From: Methanosarcinales archaeon
GTDB lineage: Archaea; Halobacteriota; Syntropharchaeia; Alkanophagales; Methanospirareceae
Reading direction: 5' to 3'
Length of the DNA stretch: 53,665 nt
Assembly: GCA_030611585.1 (NCBI GenBank)
Contig: JAUWPM010000002.1
Location: forward strand, 1 to 53,665
Made by a program: the position numbers and the translations under genes. Below, one piece after another: positions 28,036-37,159 of the stretch. The notes below the pieces were generated by a model. It had not been told where the DNA came from. It did not search any database and saw nothing but the letters and a program-made list of their open reading frames with translations. Positions within the stretch are counted from its first letter, which is position 1, and every line of letters starts with the position of its first letter.

Positions 28036-29757
28036 TTAAAATACCCACCCATCCAACCACCTTAAACTATCCTTATATTCGACCGCGACGGGATAACCCG
28101 ATATTACGGGATAGAAGAGGCAGAATAGAACGGCGGCTAAAGTAAGAACAACTGCAATGACCGCAACGAATTTCCCCGTTGACACCTTCTGTTGCAGTTC
28201 CTTCATTCCGTACGTGATTGCGAATATCATAAATGGCACTGCAGGAACGAAATGATAGATGAACAGAGTTCTGGTGATCAGTGCATAAGGAATCCAGAGC
28301 AGTATAAAAGAGATCAGAATGAAGGGGCACCGGTAATCGTAATCCTGCTCCTGCACCCTTGCCTTCATCGCACCACGCAGAAACTTCGCTGCAACTACAA
28401 TTAAAGCGAGAATGCCACCCCACCATATCGCGGGATTGCCCATTAACACAATTGTTGAAACCGTGCCATTCACAGTATTGGAAAACAGCCAGAGTGGTTT
28501 AAGCATGAGCGGCCAGCTCCACCAGGGAGAAGAGAAAGGATGTGTCGCTCCAACCACGCTCCATGCGTGATAGCCAAACATTCCGAACTGTTTCATGCCA
28601 ACATCCAGAAGACCATGACCGGTTCCGGAGAGCATGTACGGAATGTACGCTGCAATATAAATGGCAGCGGAAACGAACAGCCCCGCCAGAACTATTTTAT
28701 AGTCGCTATAAAACGGTCTTTTATTCCTTAAATTGCTGATTAACAGAAGAATTAAAATCGCAGCTAAACCAAAAGCAGCAGTCCATTTTGTCGCGAACCA
28801 GAGTCCAAAGCAGACAATGCAGATGAAAAGTGGCTTTTCCGGGCTTCTCGCCTCTTCACCATCATTTACGATGCGAAGATAGTCGAAGAAGAAGTAGAAC
28901 ATCAATAAAGAGAAGAGTGCGATATATGTCTCCCCGGTTGCCAATCGGGCTATAGCGAAATGTGCGAAATCAAAGGTCAGAAGAGAAGCCGCGAATAAAC
29001 CCGCTACGGTGCTCTTGAACATGCGTTTACCAAACAGGAACATTATGGGGATCATCGCAGTTGCGGCTAAAACGCCCAAAATCCGCCATCCAAATGGATT
29101 CATGCCGAAGCACACTATGCCACCCGCGATTATGAGCTTCCCAAGTGGCGGATGCGATGTTTCATACGGGTCCTTGAGATTTAAATGCTCCCAAGCAGTT
29201 CGCACAAAATAAATCTCGTCGAAATAAGTGCCGTATTTATATGATTGTACAAGCGGAACTTCTATTATATCCTGCTCATCTATTAGCCGCTCAATATCTC
29301 CGCTCTCGCTATCCGATTCTCCTTCTGCATACACGCAGCGTATCGGCACGATTCTTTTATTCTCGCCTGATACCGCCACAATCTCACCGATTTTACCTTT
29401 TGATTCCGACACGTCAAACGCGAATTTGAGGAATCTTGTACTCGTGTTGCCCAAATTGAGTTTCTCCCACGAGCAATAATGCGTATTGTCATACGAGGAG
29501 AGCAACCTCCATTTGCCTGGTTCACCGCCATAAACGTCAAATTTTGTTCGTTTCTCATCCCCCAGGAAGACATAAACCTCTTTCACCTGTTGAACCTGAT
29601 CGAAATCGAAGATGATTTGGTTATCCCCGGAAGTACTCCCGGGTACCCAACAGGAAGAAGGCATGCTGAGAGAACCTACGTTAATAAGAGCAAGAACTAA
29701 GAACAGTATTGTAAGCGCCGAGACAGAGGCTATTTCTAACTTTCTTATCTTTTCCAT
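28036..29757 (-). CDS. PMT/GT39-family dolichyl-phosphate-mannose-dependent glycosyltransferase with an N-terminal discoidin-like domain
   Basis: DEIYF..SHPPLGKLIIA loop-1 motif, more than 10 TM segments, and a ~120-aa beta-rich segment (IIFDFDQVQQVKEVYVF..STRFLKFAF) between TM1 and the PMT core. Confidence 0.75.
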   Translation of the reverse strand: MEKIRKLEIASVSALTILFLVLALINVGSLSMPSSCWVPGSTSGDNQIIFDFDQVQQVKEVYVFLGDEKRTKFDVYGGEPGKWRLLSSYDNTHYCSWEKLNLGNTSTRFLKFAFDVSESKGKIGEIVAVSGENKRIVPIRCVYAEGESDSESGDIERLIDEQDIIEVPLVQSYKYGTYFDEIYFVRTAWEHLNLKDPYETSHPPLGKLIIAGGIVCFGMNPFGWRILGVLAATAMIPIMFLFGKRMFKSTVAGLFAASLLTFDFAHFAIARLATGETYIALFSLLMFYFFFDYLRIVNDGEEARSPEKPLFICIVCFGLWFATKWTAAFGLAAILILLLISNLRNKRPFYSDYKIVLAGLFVSAAIYIAAYIPYMLSGTGHGLLDVGMKQFGMFGYHAWSVVGATHPFSSPWWSWPLMLKPLWLFSNTVNGTVSTIVLMGNPAIWWGGILALIVVAAKFLRGAMKARVQEQDYDYRCPFILISFILLWIPYALITRTLFIYHFVPAVPFMIFAITYGMKELQQKVSTGKFVAVIAVVLTLAAVLFCLFYPVISGYPVAVEYKDSLRWLDGWVF

Positions 29758-29805
29758 CTTATTTATGCATTCAAGTTCAATTTAGCGGAAACAAATATAA
29801 AGAAG

Positions 29806-30570
29806 ATGCGAGAAAAAAAAAGAACCATCGAAATCTCCATAGTGCTCCCGGCGCATAACGAAGCGGATAAAATACGGGCTGCGGTACGGCAGACGAAGCA
29901 AGCGTTAGCTGAGTTCTCTTCCTCCTATGAGATCCTCATTGCGGAAGACGGTAGCACTGACGGTACGGCGGATATAGCAAATCGAGTAGCAGCCGCAGAT
30001 TCCTCTGTCCGGCATATTCACAGCGATACGAGATTGGGCAGAGGGAAGGCACTCAATCACGCCTTTAAACTCGCTCAGGGCGATATTTTAGCGTACATGG
30101 ACGTTGACCTCTCCACCGATCTGTCGTATCTGAAACCGTTAATAAACGCGATAAAGGAAGAGGAGTACGATTTCGCAACGGGTTCGAGGATGCTGAAAGA
30201 TAGCACTGTGAAGCGGTCTTTAAAGCGAAAAACGATGAGCACGGTTTTTAATCTCCTTGTTCGAATAATCTTGCGATCACCGATCCGGGACCATCAATGC
30301 GGGTTCAAATCTTTCCGCAAAGATGCATTAATGCGTATTCTGACTGAAATAGAGGATGAGCACTGGTTCTGGGATACCGAGCTGCTTGTCCGAGCACAGA
30401 GGAGCAGGTACAAAGTAAAGGAGATACCAGTGACCTGGGTGGACAAAGGCGGCGCAGGCACGAAAGTGAACGCGTTCACAGATAGCACGGCAATGTTCTC
30501 TAAAATAATAAAGTTGTACTTTAATTTGAGGATAGGAGCGAAAAATGAGAGTTATCTTTTACACCGGTAA
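29806..30570 (+). CDS. GT2-family glycosyltransferase (dolichol-phosphate mannosyltransferase-like)
   Basis: SIVLPAHNEA, AEDGSTDGT and YMDVDLSTD (DxD) motifs. Confidence 0.85.
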   Translation: MREKKRTIEISIVLPAHNEADKIRAAVRQTKQALAEFSSSYEILIAEDGSTDGTADIANRVAAADSSVRHIHSDTRLGRGKALNHAFKLAQGDILAYMDVDLSTDLSYLKPLINAIKEEEYDFATGSRMLKDSTVKRSLKRKTMSTVFNLLVRIILRSPIRDHQCGFKSFRKDALMRILTEIEDEHWFWDTELLVRAQRSRYKVKEIPVTWVDKGGAGTKVNAFTDSTAMFSKIIKLYFNLRIGAKNESYLLHR

Positions 30571-31747
30571 AGGCGGCGCGGGTAAATCGGTCATCTCAAG
30601 TGCAACGGCATTAAAACTATCTGAGCTGGGTTACGAGACTCTGATTATCTCTTCAGACCCGGCGCATACCCTTTCGGATGCGCTTGAGACCGCGGTGCAC
30701 TATACGCCGACGAAAATCGTGGACCAGCTCTGGGCGATCCAGATAGACCCTGTACGAGAAGCACGAGAGTCGTACGGAGTGATACAGGAATACGTAGTCT
30801 CTCTGTTCAAGTCGAAAGGGGTTGACGAAGTGCTGGCATACGAAATAGCTGCGTTGCCGAACATGACTGAGTTCGTATCGCTGCTAAAGGTGGTTGAGTT
30901 CGTGGAATCGAATAACTACGAGGTCATTGTGCTCGACACCGTGCCGTCGGGCGACGCACTTAAGAACATTTATCTACCTACGCTCATCGGATCCACGGCT
31001 TCGAAAGTCATCAAATTCGTAGCGCCTCTTGTCAACATCGCGCGAATAGCAGAGCCCATCGTTGGGTTGCCATCACCGGGCAAAGAGGTAATAAAGCAGG
31101 ACCTCAAGCTATTGGAGATTCTCAAAAAGCTCAAGAATATCATTGCGGACCGAAAAGTCACCAGTTTACGGTTGATTGCCAATCCCGAGGCGTTCAGCAT
31201 ACAGAACCTGAAAAGAACGTACCTCATTGCAAATCTATACGACATCAACGTTGATCTCGCTGTAATGAACAAGATAATCCCGGAAGAGGTGAGCGATTCG
31301 TATTTTAAGGAGTGGAAGAAGGCGCAGGGAGAATATATGGCAGATTTGGAGGCTGCGGTTCATCCACTGCCACTAAAAAAGCTCAGGCTATTCCAGTCGG
31401 AAGTAAAAGGGTTGAAGCTCCTATCCGCGGTTGGCGATGAATTGTTCGGCGATGAAGACCCTGCTCAGATTTACTTCGAGGGTAAGGCAATCAACGTACG
31501 GGAGTCAGAGCGAGGGATAGAAGTCGTCGTTCCGCTTCCTTCTGCAAGCAAACACAAGGAGGTATGCGAGGTGGAGAGAGAGGGTGAAGACCTGTCAGTG
31601 GTTATTTCTACGGATATCGGCGAGGTTAGAAACTTCATCCCGCTTCCTGCGATTGCACACACGATGAAGCTGGACAAGGCGAAAGTTTTAAATGATGAAC
31701 TGCACATATACTTCATTGATGAGCGATGGAAGAAGGGAAGAAAATGA
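30545..31747 (+). CDS. ArsA/GET3-family ATPase
   Basis: Deviant Walker A GKGGAGKS, SSDPAHTLSDA and VLDTVPSGDAL motifs. 400 aa. Confidence 0.8.
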   Translation: MRVIFYTGKGGAGKSVISSATALKLSELGYETLIISSDPAHTLSDALETAVHYTPTKIVDQLWAIQIDPVREARESYGVIQEYVVSLFKSKGVDEVLAYEIAALPNMTEFVSLLKVVEFVESNNYEVIVLDTVPSGDALKNIYLPTLIGSTASKVIKFVAPLVNIARIAEPIVGLPSPGKEVIKQDLKLLEILKKLKNIIADRKVTSLRLIANPEAFSIQNLKRTYLIANLYDINVDLAVMNKIIPEEVSDSYFKEWKKAQGEYMADLEAAVHPLPLKKLRLFQSEVKGLKLLSAVGDELFGDEDPAQIYFEGKAINVRESERGIEVVVPLPSASKHKEVCEVEREGEDLSVVISTDIGEVRNFIPLPAIAHTMKLDKAKVLNDELHIYFIDERWKKGRK

Positions 31748-32031
31748 ATTGGGAAGAGGATGATTTAGTGAAGGCGTTGAAAATCCTTGCTGGAACAACG
31801 GCTATTCCATTGAAGGTTGCTGCCGATATAGCGGGTGGCGTAGTGAGCTCTTTAGGGGATTATGTTCCGAAACCATCGAAGCTCGCTTCAAGTCTCATTG
31901 ATCTGCGAATAGGCACGCTAAAAACGATAACTAATGCAATAGAGAAAGAGGTAGCGTTGTTAGAGCAGTATAAGGAAGACCTCGAAGCAGGGGAAGAAGA
32001 AGAGAAGAAGGAGAAAGTCAAGGTGGAATAG
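31726..32031 (+). CDS. small hypothetical protein (the likely start, ATG 31744, overlaps the ArsA stop as ATGA)
   Basis: ORF coupled to the ArsA-family gene. E/K-rich tail, no recognised motif. Confidence 0.5.
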   Translation: MEEGKKMNWEEDDLVKALKILAGTTAIPLKVAADIAGGVVSSLGDYVPKPSKLASSLIDLRIGTLKTITNAIEKEVALLEQYKEDLEAGEEEEKKEKVKVE

Positions 32032-32157
32032 TGTAAATATTAGATACGATTTTTTCCGCATCCTCTGCCGGAGGATCTAAAACTATGAATATATATATTA
32101 CATTCCGTTAGTGATCGTTAAGGTATTTATATAGGTATTGTATAGTAGTATTTAATC

Positions 32158-32937
32158 ATGTTATCGTTAGAAAAGAAGATCCTATGCCTTTTGTTGAGAG
32201 AGGGAGAAGTACCGGTAGAAAGGCTAATAAAGATACTAAGGAACTTCAAAGAGTCCGAGGCGTCAGTAAGAACCGCCTTATCGAGATTAAAGAAGGAAGG
32301 ATTTGTAGAAAGTAAAAAGAGCGGTAAAAAAGCCTCTTATTCCCTTACCGACCTCGGAAAGGATGCAATCGTGTTTAAAGAATACAAGCTGCTCATGCGT
32401 GATAGGAACTGGGATGGTCAGTGGCACATCGTAACCTTTGACATACCTGAGAAATTCAGGTACAGCAGGGATGTTTTGCGAAAGATGCTTCTTTCACTTG
32501 GTTATGGAACCCTCCATTCCTCTGTTATGATCTCCCCATACGATAGAGGAGAAGAGATAAAGGAGACGGTGCGTGAATACGGAATTGAAGATTATGTGGA
32601 GTTTTTTACCGCGAAATACGAGAGTAACAAGGATATAAAGGATATAGTGCCAAAAATATGGGACTTTAAGTGGTTGGAGAGGCAGTACAATAAATTTATC
32701 TTGATTTACAAGAATGAACTGGAAGAATTAAAAAAGAAAGTGGAAGAAGGAGATGGCATAGACCCAAGTTATGCGTTCTTGAAGGGAATTGAATTGAATG
32801 AATACTTTTCACGCATTATTTCTGCGGATCCTCATCTCCCATGGGAACTCCTCCCGGATGACTGGATAGAATTTAAGGCAGAGCGAGTATGCGATGAATA
32901 TCTTCAATTTTTGGAGAGTATGGAAAAGGAAAAATGA
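32158..32937 (+). CDS. PaaX-family transcriptional regulator
   Basis: N-terminal wHTH followed by the WDGQWHIVTFDIPE..RD.LRK.L..LGYG pattern diagnostic of the PaaX family. Confidence 0.75.
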   Translation: MLSLEKKILCLLLREGEVPVERLIKILRNFKESEASVRTALSRLKKEGFVESKKSGKKASYSLTDLGKDAIVFKEYKLLMRDRNWDGQWHIVTFDIPEKFRYSRDVLRKMLLSLGYGTLHSSVMISPYDRGEEIKETVREYGIEDYVEFFTAKYESNKDIKDIVPKIWDFKWLERQYNKFILIYKNELEELKKKVEEGDGIDPSYAFLKGIELNEYFSRIISADPHLPWELLPDDWIEFKAERVCDEYLQFLESMEKEK

Positions 32938-34412
32938 GAAAAGGAGTTTTGGTAAAGCCGTATGAGAGATTGGAAAAAGCACAGATAGAGAAGATACACG
33001 AAGCATCCCTTTCTATTTTAAGGGACCCCGGGATAATATCATATAACAGGGAAGCAGCGGAAATATTCGCGGATAATGGAGCGGAGATTTCTTCCAACAA
33101 TGGCTACTGGCGAATAAGTATTCCTGAGGGGCTTATAGAGGAAAGTGTAAAGCACGCGCCTTCAGTGGTAAAATTGGGTGCGAGAGAGAAAGAGAATAGT
33201 TTAGTTCTGGATGGCAAAGAGCCAAGGGTGAGATTTGGCACTGGCTCAGAAGCGAATGTGATTCTGGATATGGATGTAGAGGATTTTGTAAGCGAGAAAT
33301 CGGGTATTGAAAGACGATTTCCTGTTTTTCAGCGAAGAAGAGGAACTGTTAAAGATCTTTGTCAGTCAGCGCATTTGTGCGAACTTTTGGAGAACGTGGA
33401 TTTCTTTCTCCGAAACGTGAATATACAGGACGATGACATCACGGATGATAACAAAGACGTGAACAAGTTCTATGCTTCGTTGAACAATACGACGAAGCAC
33501 GTGATGGCGGGATTGACGAATTTGGAAAAATTAGATGATGTAATAAGGATGGCAGAGCTTGTTTCTGGTGGTAGGAAAGAGCCGATAATATCTTTCATCG
33601 CTTGTGTAACTAAGAGTCCGCTACAATTTATCAAGGAAAGCACGCAGAACTTGATAGAAATGACAAAGCGGAATTATCCGGTGGTGATCTCAGTCTCGCC
33701 CCAGGGAGGTTCCACAGCACCCATTCAAGAGGCTGGAACGGTAGCACAACAGAATGCGGAGATTTTAGCAGGGGTTGTGCTCAGCCAGTTAGTGCGTGAG
33801 GGGGCTCCCGTATTATACGGCAGCAATCCGCTTCGCGTGAGGATGGATAACTTAGATAATATGTATGGAGCGCCGGAAACAAACCAATATTACATAGGCG
33901 GCGTTCAAATGGCTCGGTTCTACGGGATACCGTGCTATTCGGCTGCGGGCGTTGGAGATTCAAAATTCCCGGGAATAGAAGCTACGGCGGAAAAGATGAT
34001 GTCTCATCTATTTAGCTCACTCTCCGGTGCTCAATACGTGCATTACGCATTTGGATTGCTTGAAGGGACGAATACTCTCTCTTTTGAACAGCTCGTACTG
34101 GATGACCTGCATGTAGGGTTTTGTAAATCAATGTTAAGGGGACAGAGGATAGAAGAGGAGCTGCGAGATAGTTTGGAAGATATCCGAGAAGTAATGGGTA
34201 CATCTCATAAGATGTTCACGAGATATGCGAGGAAATATCTGCGTGCTGGCGAAGTTATCCCTTTCTATCCTTTTGATGGAGATGCGAATGAGACATTGAT
34301 AAAGGCAAGAGAGAGGAAGGGGGATTTGCTCGCTGCTCCGGTGGAAGAGATCCCGGGGGATATAAAGAAGGGGGTATTTCAGGAATTCGACGTGCTGGAG
34401 CGGATAAGATAA
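32934..34412 (+). CDS. MttB-superfamily (trimethylamine methyltransferase-like) substrate:corrinoid methyltransferase, non-pyrrolysine
   Basis: 492-aa uninterrupted ORF with no in-frame TAG. Paralogous to 37146-38609 (shared blocks such as FYA.LNNTTKHVM.G, P.....S.P..G.T.PI, GAP..YG). Confidence 0.8.
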   Translation: MRKGVLVKPYERLEKAQIEKIHEASLSILRDPGIISYNREAAEIFADNGAEISSNNGYWRISIPEGLIEESVKHAPSVVKLGAREKENSLVLDGKEPRVRFGTGSEANVILDMDVEDFVSEKSGIERRFPVFQRRRGTVKDLCQSAHLCELLENVDFFLRNVNIQDDDITDDNKDVNKFYASLNNTTKHVMAGLTNLEKLDDVIRMAELVSGGRKEPIISFIACVTKSPLQFIKESTQNLIEMTKRNYPVVISVSPQGGSTAPIQEAGTVAQQNAEILAGVVLSQLVREGAPVLYGSNPLRVRMDNLDNMYGAPETNQYYIGGVQMARFYGIPCYSAAGVGDSKFPGIEATAEKMMSHLFSSLSGAQYVHYAFGLLEGTNTLSFEQLVLDDLHVGFCKSMLRGQRIEEELRDSLEDIREVMGTSHKMFTRYARKYLRAGEVIPFYPFDGDANETLIKARERKGDLLAAPVEEIPGDIKKGVFQEFDVLERIR

Positions 34413-34422
34413 AGAAAAAGGG

Positions 34423-35112
34423 GTGATAAAAATTTCAGAGGAATTGTTTGCGAAGATAAAAGAGAACGTGATAAAAGGAAGAAGGAATGAAAAAGACGAG
34501 GACCTTGAAGGAGGTAGTGTTGGAGAACCAGGAGTGAAGGAACTCATAGAAGAGGCATTGGAAGGAGGAATTGAGCCTAAAAGATTAATAGAGTGCATTA
34601 ACGATGCGATGGTGACGGTGGGCAAGAAATTCGAGACGGGTGAATACTTCGTTCCTGATATGCTGGCGTCGGCAGAGGCGGTATCGGTGGGTATGGATGT
34701 TTTAGAGCCCCAGCTTTCGAAAGGAGGAATAAAGAAGGAGAAGTTTGTTGTTGCCACCGTAGAAGGTGACATACATGACATCGGGAAGAACATATTCGCG
34801 ATGATGCTAAAAGGTGCGGGGTTCGATGTGATAGACCTGGGTACAGATGTCTCTGCGGATGAGATCGTTAAGACAGTAAAGAACGAAGATGCAGAAATTG
34901 TGGGTATAGGACTTTCTGCTTTGCTGACTACGACGATGGAAAACATGGGAGTAGTAATAGAGAAATTAAGAGAAGAAAAGCTGGAGAAAGAGGTTTTAGT
35001 TGGTGGAGTAGCGGTTTCAAATGAGTATGCAGATAAAATTTGTGCTATTTACTGTGCTGATGCTTTTGAGGGCGTAGATAAGGCTAAGGAGTTGGCGAAG
35101 AAAAGGGGTTGA
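34423..35112 (+). CDS. cobalamin-binding corrinoid protein (MtmC/MttC/MtgC-like)
   Basis: B12-binding DxHxxG motif (EGDIHDIGKN) with an N-terminal helical cap domain. 229 aa. Confidence 0.9.
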   Translation: MIKISEELFAKIKENVIKGRRNEKDEDLEGGSVGEPGVKELIEEALEGGIEPKRLIECINDAMVTVGKKFETGEYFVPDMLASAEAVSVGMDVLEPQLSKGGIKKEKFVVATVEGDIHDIGKNIFAMMLKGAGFDVIDLGTDVSADEIVKTVKNEDAEIVGIGLSALLTTTMENMGVVIEKLREEKLEKEVLVGGVAVSNEYADKICAIYCADAFEGVDKAKELAKKRG

Positions 35113-36314
35113 TGGAAATGGGTATGAGTGACGCGTATGATTATGCGATAAGAAGTGGGAGATATACGAATGGAAGTGAGATAATAGGGAAATATGATAA
35201 TGTGAGAGTTTTGTGGGAAGATGAAATAACGAGGATGGTCTTGAAAACACATATCCAGAGATTGATACGAGGAAGAGACAAGATAAGAATACTGGACATG
35301 GGCTGTGGATACGGGGACGGATATGAGTTGTTGAGGGGTATAAGAGAAGAAAATGGAGATAATTGCAAGTATTTGATTACCGATGAGGAGATAGAATACA
35401 AAGGATTTGACATAAATGAGAGTTTTATAAAGGAAGCGAGTGGAAGATACGGGGGGCATAAAAACACGTCCTTTGAAGTTGCAGACTTCAGCAAAGGTTT
35501 TTCCTTTAAAGACGATGAATCATACGACATTTACTTCACGTCGTATGGCACGCTATCGCACAATGAAGACGAGGCAAATGCAAGGCTATTGGCAGATATT
35601 GCGGAGCATAGCAGTAATAATGGTTGTAAGAGCACAATTGTATGCGATTGGCTGGGAAGATATTCTTATGAATGGCAGAGTTTATGGGCGGATAAGGGCG
35701 ACCCGAATTCAGGAGAAGAAGAAGATTGGATAGATTACAGGATTTCGTATTTCGGTGACAGGAACGTTAAGAGTTTTCCATTGAGGCTAATGGGCAGGGA
35801 TGAGGTAGAAGAGGTGGTGAAAAGGGCGAATGAAATTTCGTCAAGGAGAATAAGGATAAAAGGCTTTTTTGACCGGTCTATTTTAGTTGGCAGGCACATG
35901 GAGACCGGGGAATACAACCGATACTGTGTGCCAATACGGAGAGTGGTGAACTCGTTGTTTGAGAGGAATGTCGTAACAGATTTAGAGCAACTGTTGATAG
36001 ACTATCACAAGAAAGAGGGTACGGGCTTCAATAGGTTGAACAGATTCTTTGAAGAGTTTTGTATGCGCTGGAATGGCGTGATACGCTATACACACGAGTT
36101 GCTTTCTCCGGATAGTAGAGTAGTAAGCCCGCGCTCGAAAGCGGAAGAGGAGATAGAAGAAATCGTAGATAGCGAGATGTGGGGAGAAAATAGCAATCCA
36201 CGTGCTAACCTAATAGAACCGCAACTGGGTTATTTGCTGAGAGAACTTGAAATTGACTTGCAAGAGGGTATTGGTGCTGCTCACGGCTTCATCGCCATAC
36301 TGAATGTAAGTTGA
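35109..36314 (+). CDS. class I SAM-dependent methyltransferase (401 aa, extended C-terminal region)
   Basis: Motif I ILDMGCGYGDG. The start overlaps the corrinoid-protein stop (ATGA-type overlap). Confidence 0.7.
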   Translation: MMEMGMSDAYDYAIRSGRYTNGSEIIGKYDNVRVLWEDEITRMVLKTHIQRLIRGRDKIRILDMGCGYGDGYELLRGIREENGDNCKYLITDEEIEYKGFDINESFIKEASGRYGGHKNTSFEVADFSKGFSFKDDESYDIYFTSYGTLSHNEDEANARLLADIAEHSSNNGCKSTIVCDWLGRYSYEWQSLWADKGDPNSGEEEDWIDYRISYFGDRNVKSFPLRLMGRDEVEEVVKRANEISSRRIRIKGFFDRSILVGRHMETGEYNRYCVPIRRVVNSLFERNVVTDLEQLLIDYHKKEGTGFNRLNRFFEEFCMRWNGVIRYTHELLSPDSRVVSPRSKAEEEIEEIVDSEMWGENSNPRANLIEPQLGYLLRELEIDLQEGIGAAHGFIAILNVS

Positions 36315-36394
36315 GTGGCACATGCATACTTAAAATTCTGCGGATATTTACTTAACTTAAAGCTACTGGAGGTTTAGTAATTACTGAGGCGCTT

Positions 36395-37159
36395 ATGCTG
36401 GTCATCAGTGAGAGGATAAATCAGTTAATAAAGGGAGTAGGGGAAGCGATAAAAGCGCGAGATAGAACTTACGTGCAGGAATTTGCGAAGAAACAGATAG
36501 AGAGTGGAGCGAGTTGCTTAGATGTCCATGTTGAAGATGCAGAAAGGATGAAATGGACAATAGCAACAATAAAAGAGGCTATGGATGTCAGTATCTGTAT
36601 AGACACAACGGATACAGGGGTTTTAAAAGCTGCTCTTTCTGGATGTGATGAGAATAAAGACAAGACGATAGTGAATTCGATAGATTTGGGGAAGAGGTTG
36701 GAGCCTTTTTTAGAGCTGATAAGAGCGCATGAATGTGAATGCGTGGCACTGGCAATAGATGAAAAGGCAGGAATCCCGGATTCCGCAGAGGAGAGATTAG
36801 AAGTATGCAAGAAGATTCTTGATGCGACTTCAAAAGAAGGAATAGGGAAAGACAAGATATATTTCGACCCTCTGGTTTTGCCTGTATCGGTAAATAGCGA
36901 GAACGGATTGATAGCTCTGGAGACATTAGAGTTATTAAAGAGAGAAGGGATGAAAACAACAATTGGACTGACGAATATATCTCAAGACCTGCCAAATAGA
37001 GGTTTATTAGAGGCTGCATATCTCGTGTCATGCCTCAGATATTTGGATGCGGTTATGTTGAATCCGCTGGATAAGCAGGTGATGTCCGTGTTGAAGGCTG
37101 GGGAAGCGGTTTTGGGAATGGATAAGCGTTGCCGTCATTACTTACGTGATTACCGGTGA
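36395..37159 (+). CDS. pterin-binding methyltransferase (methylcorrinoid:tetrahydrofolate/tetrahydromethanopterin methyltransferase, MtgA/MtrH/MeTr-like)
   Basis: 254-aa DHPS-like TIM barrel pattern (GASCLDVHV, ICIDTTD, VNSI, GLTNIS). Confidence 0.7.
   Translation: MLVISERINQLIKGVGEAIKARDRTYVQEFAKKQIESGASCLDVHVEDAERMKWTIATIKEAMDVSICIDTTDTGVLKAALSGCDENKDKTIVNSIDLGKRLEPFLELIRAHECECVALAIDEKAGIPDSAEERLEVCKKILDATSKEGIGKDKIYFDPLVLPVSVNSENGLIALETLELLKREGMKTTIGLTNISQDLPNRGLLEAAYLVSCLRYLDAVMLNPLDKQVMSVLKAGEAVLGMDKRCRHYLRDYR

Noticed and set aside
34134-34946. 270-aa minus-strand ORF across the MttB/corrinoid gene junction
   Set aside because: It is antisense to two well-supported plus-strand genes and has a Ser-rich, low-complexity translation.
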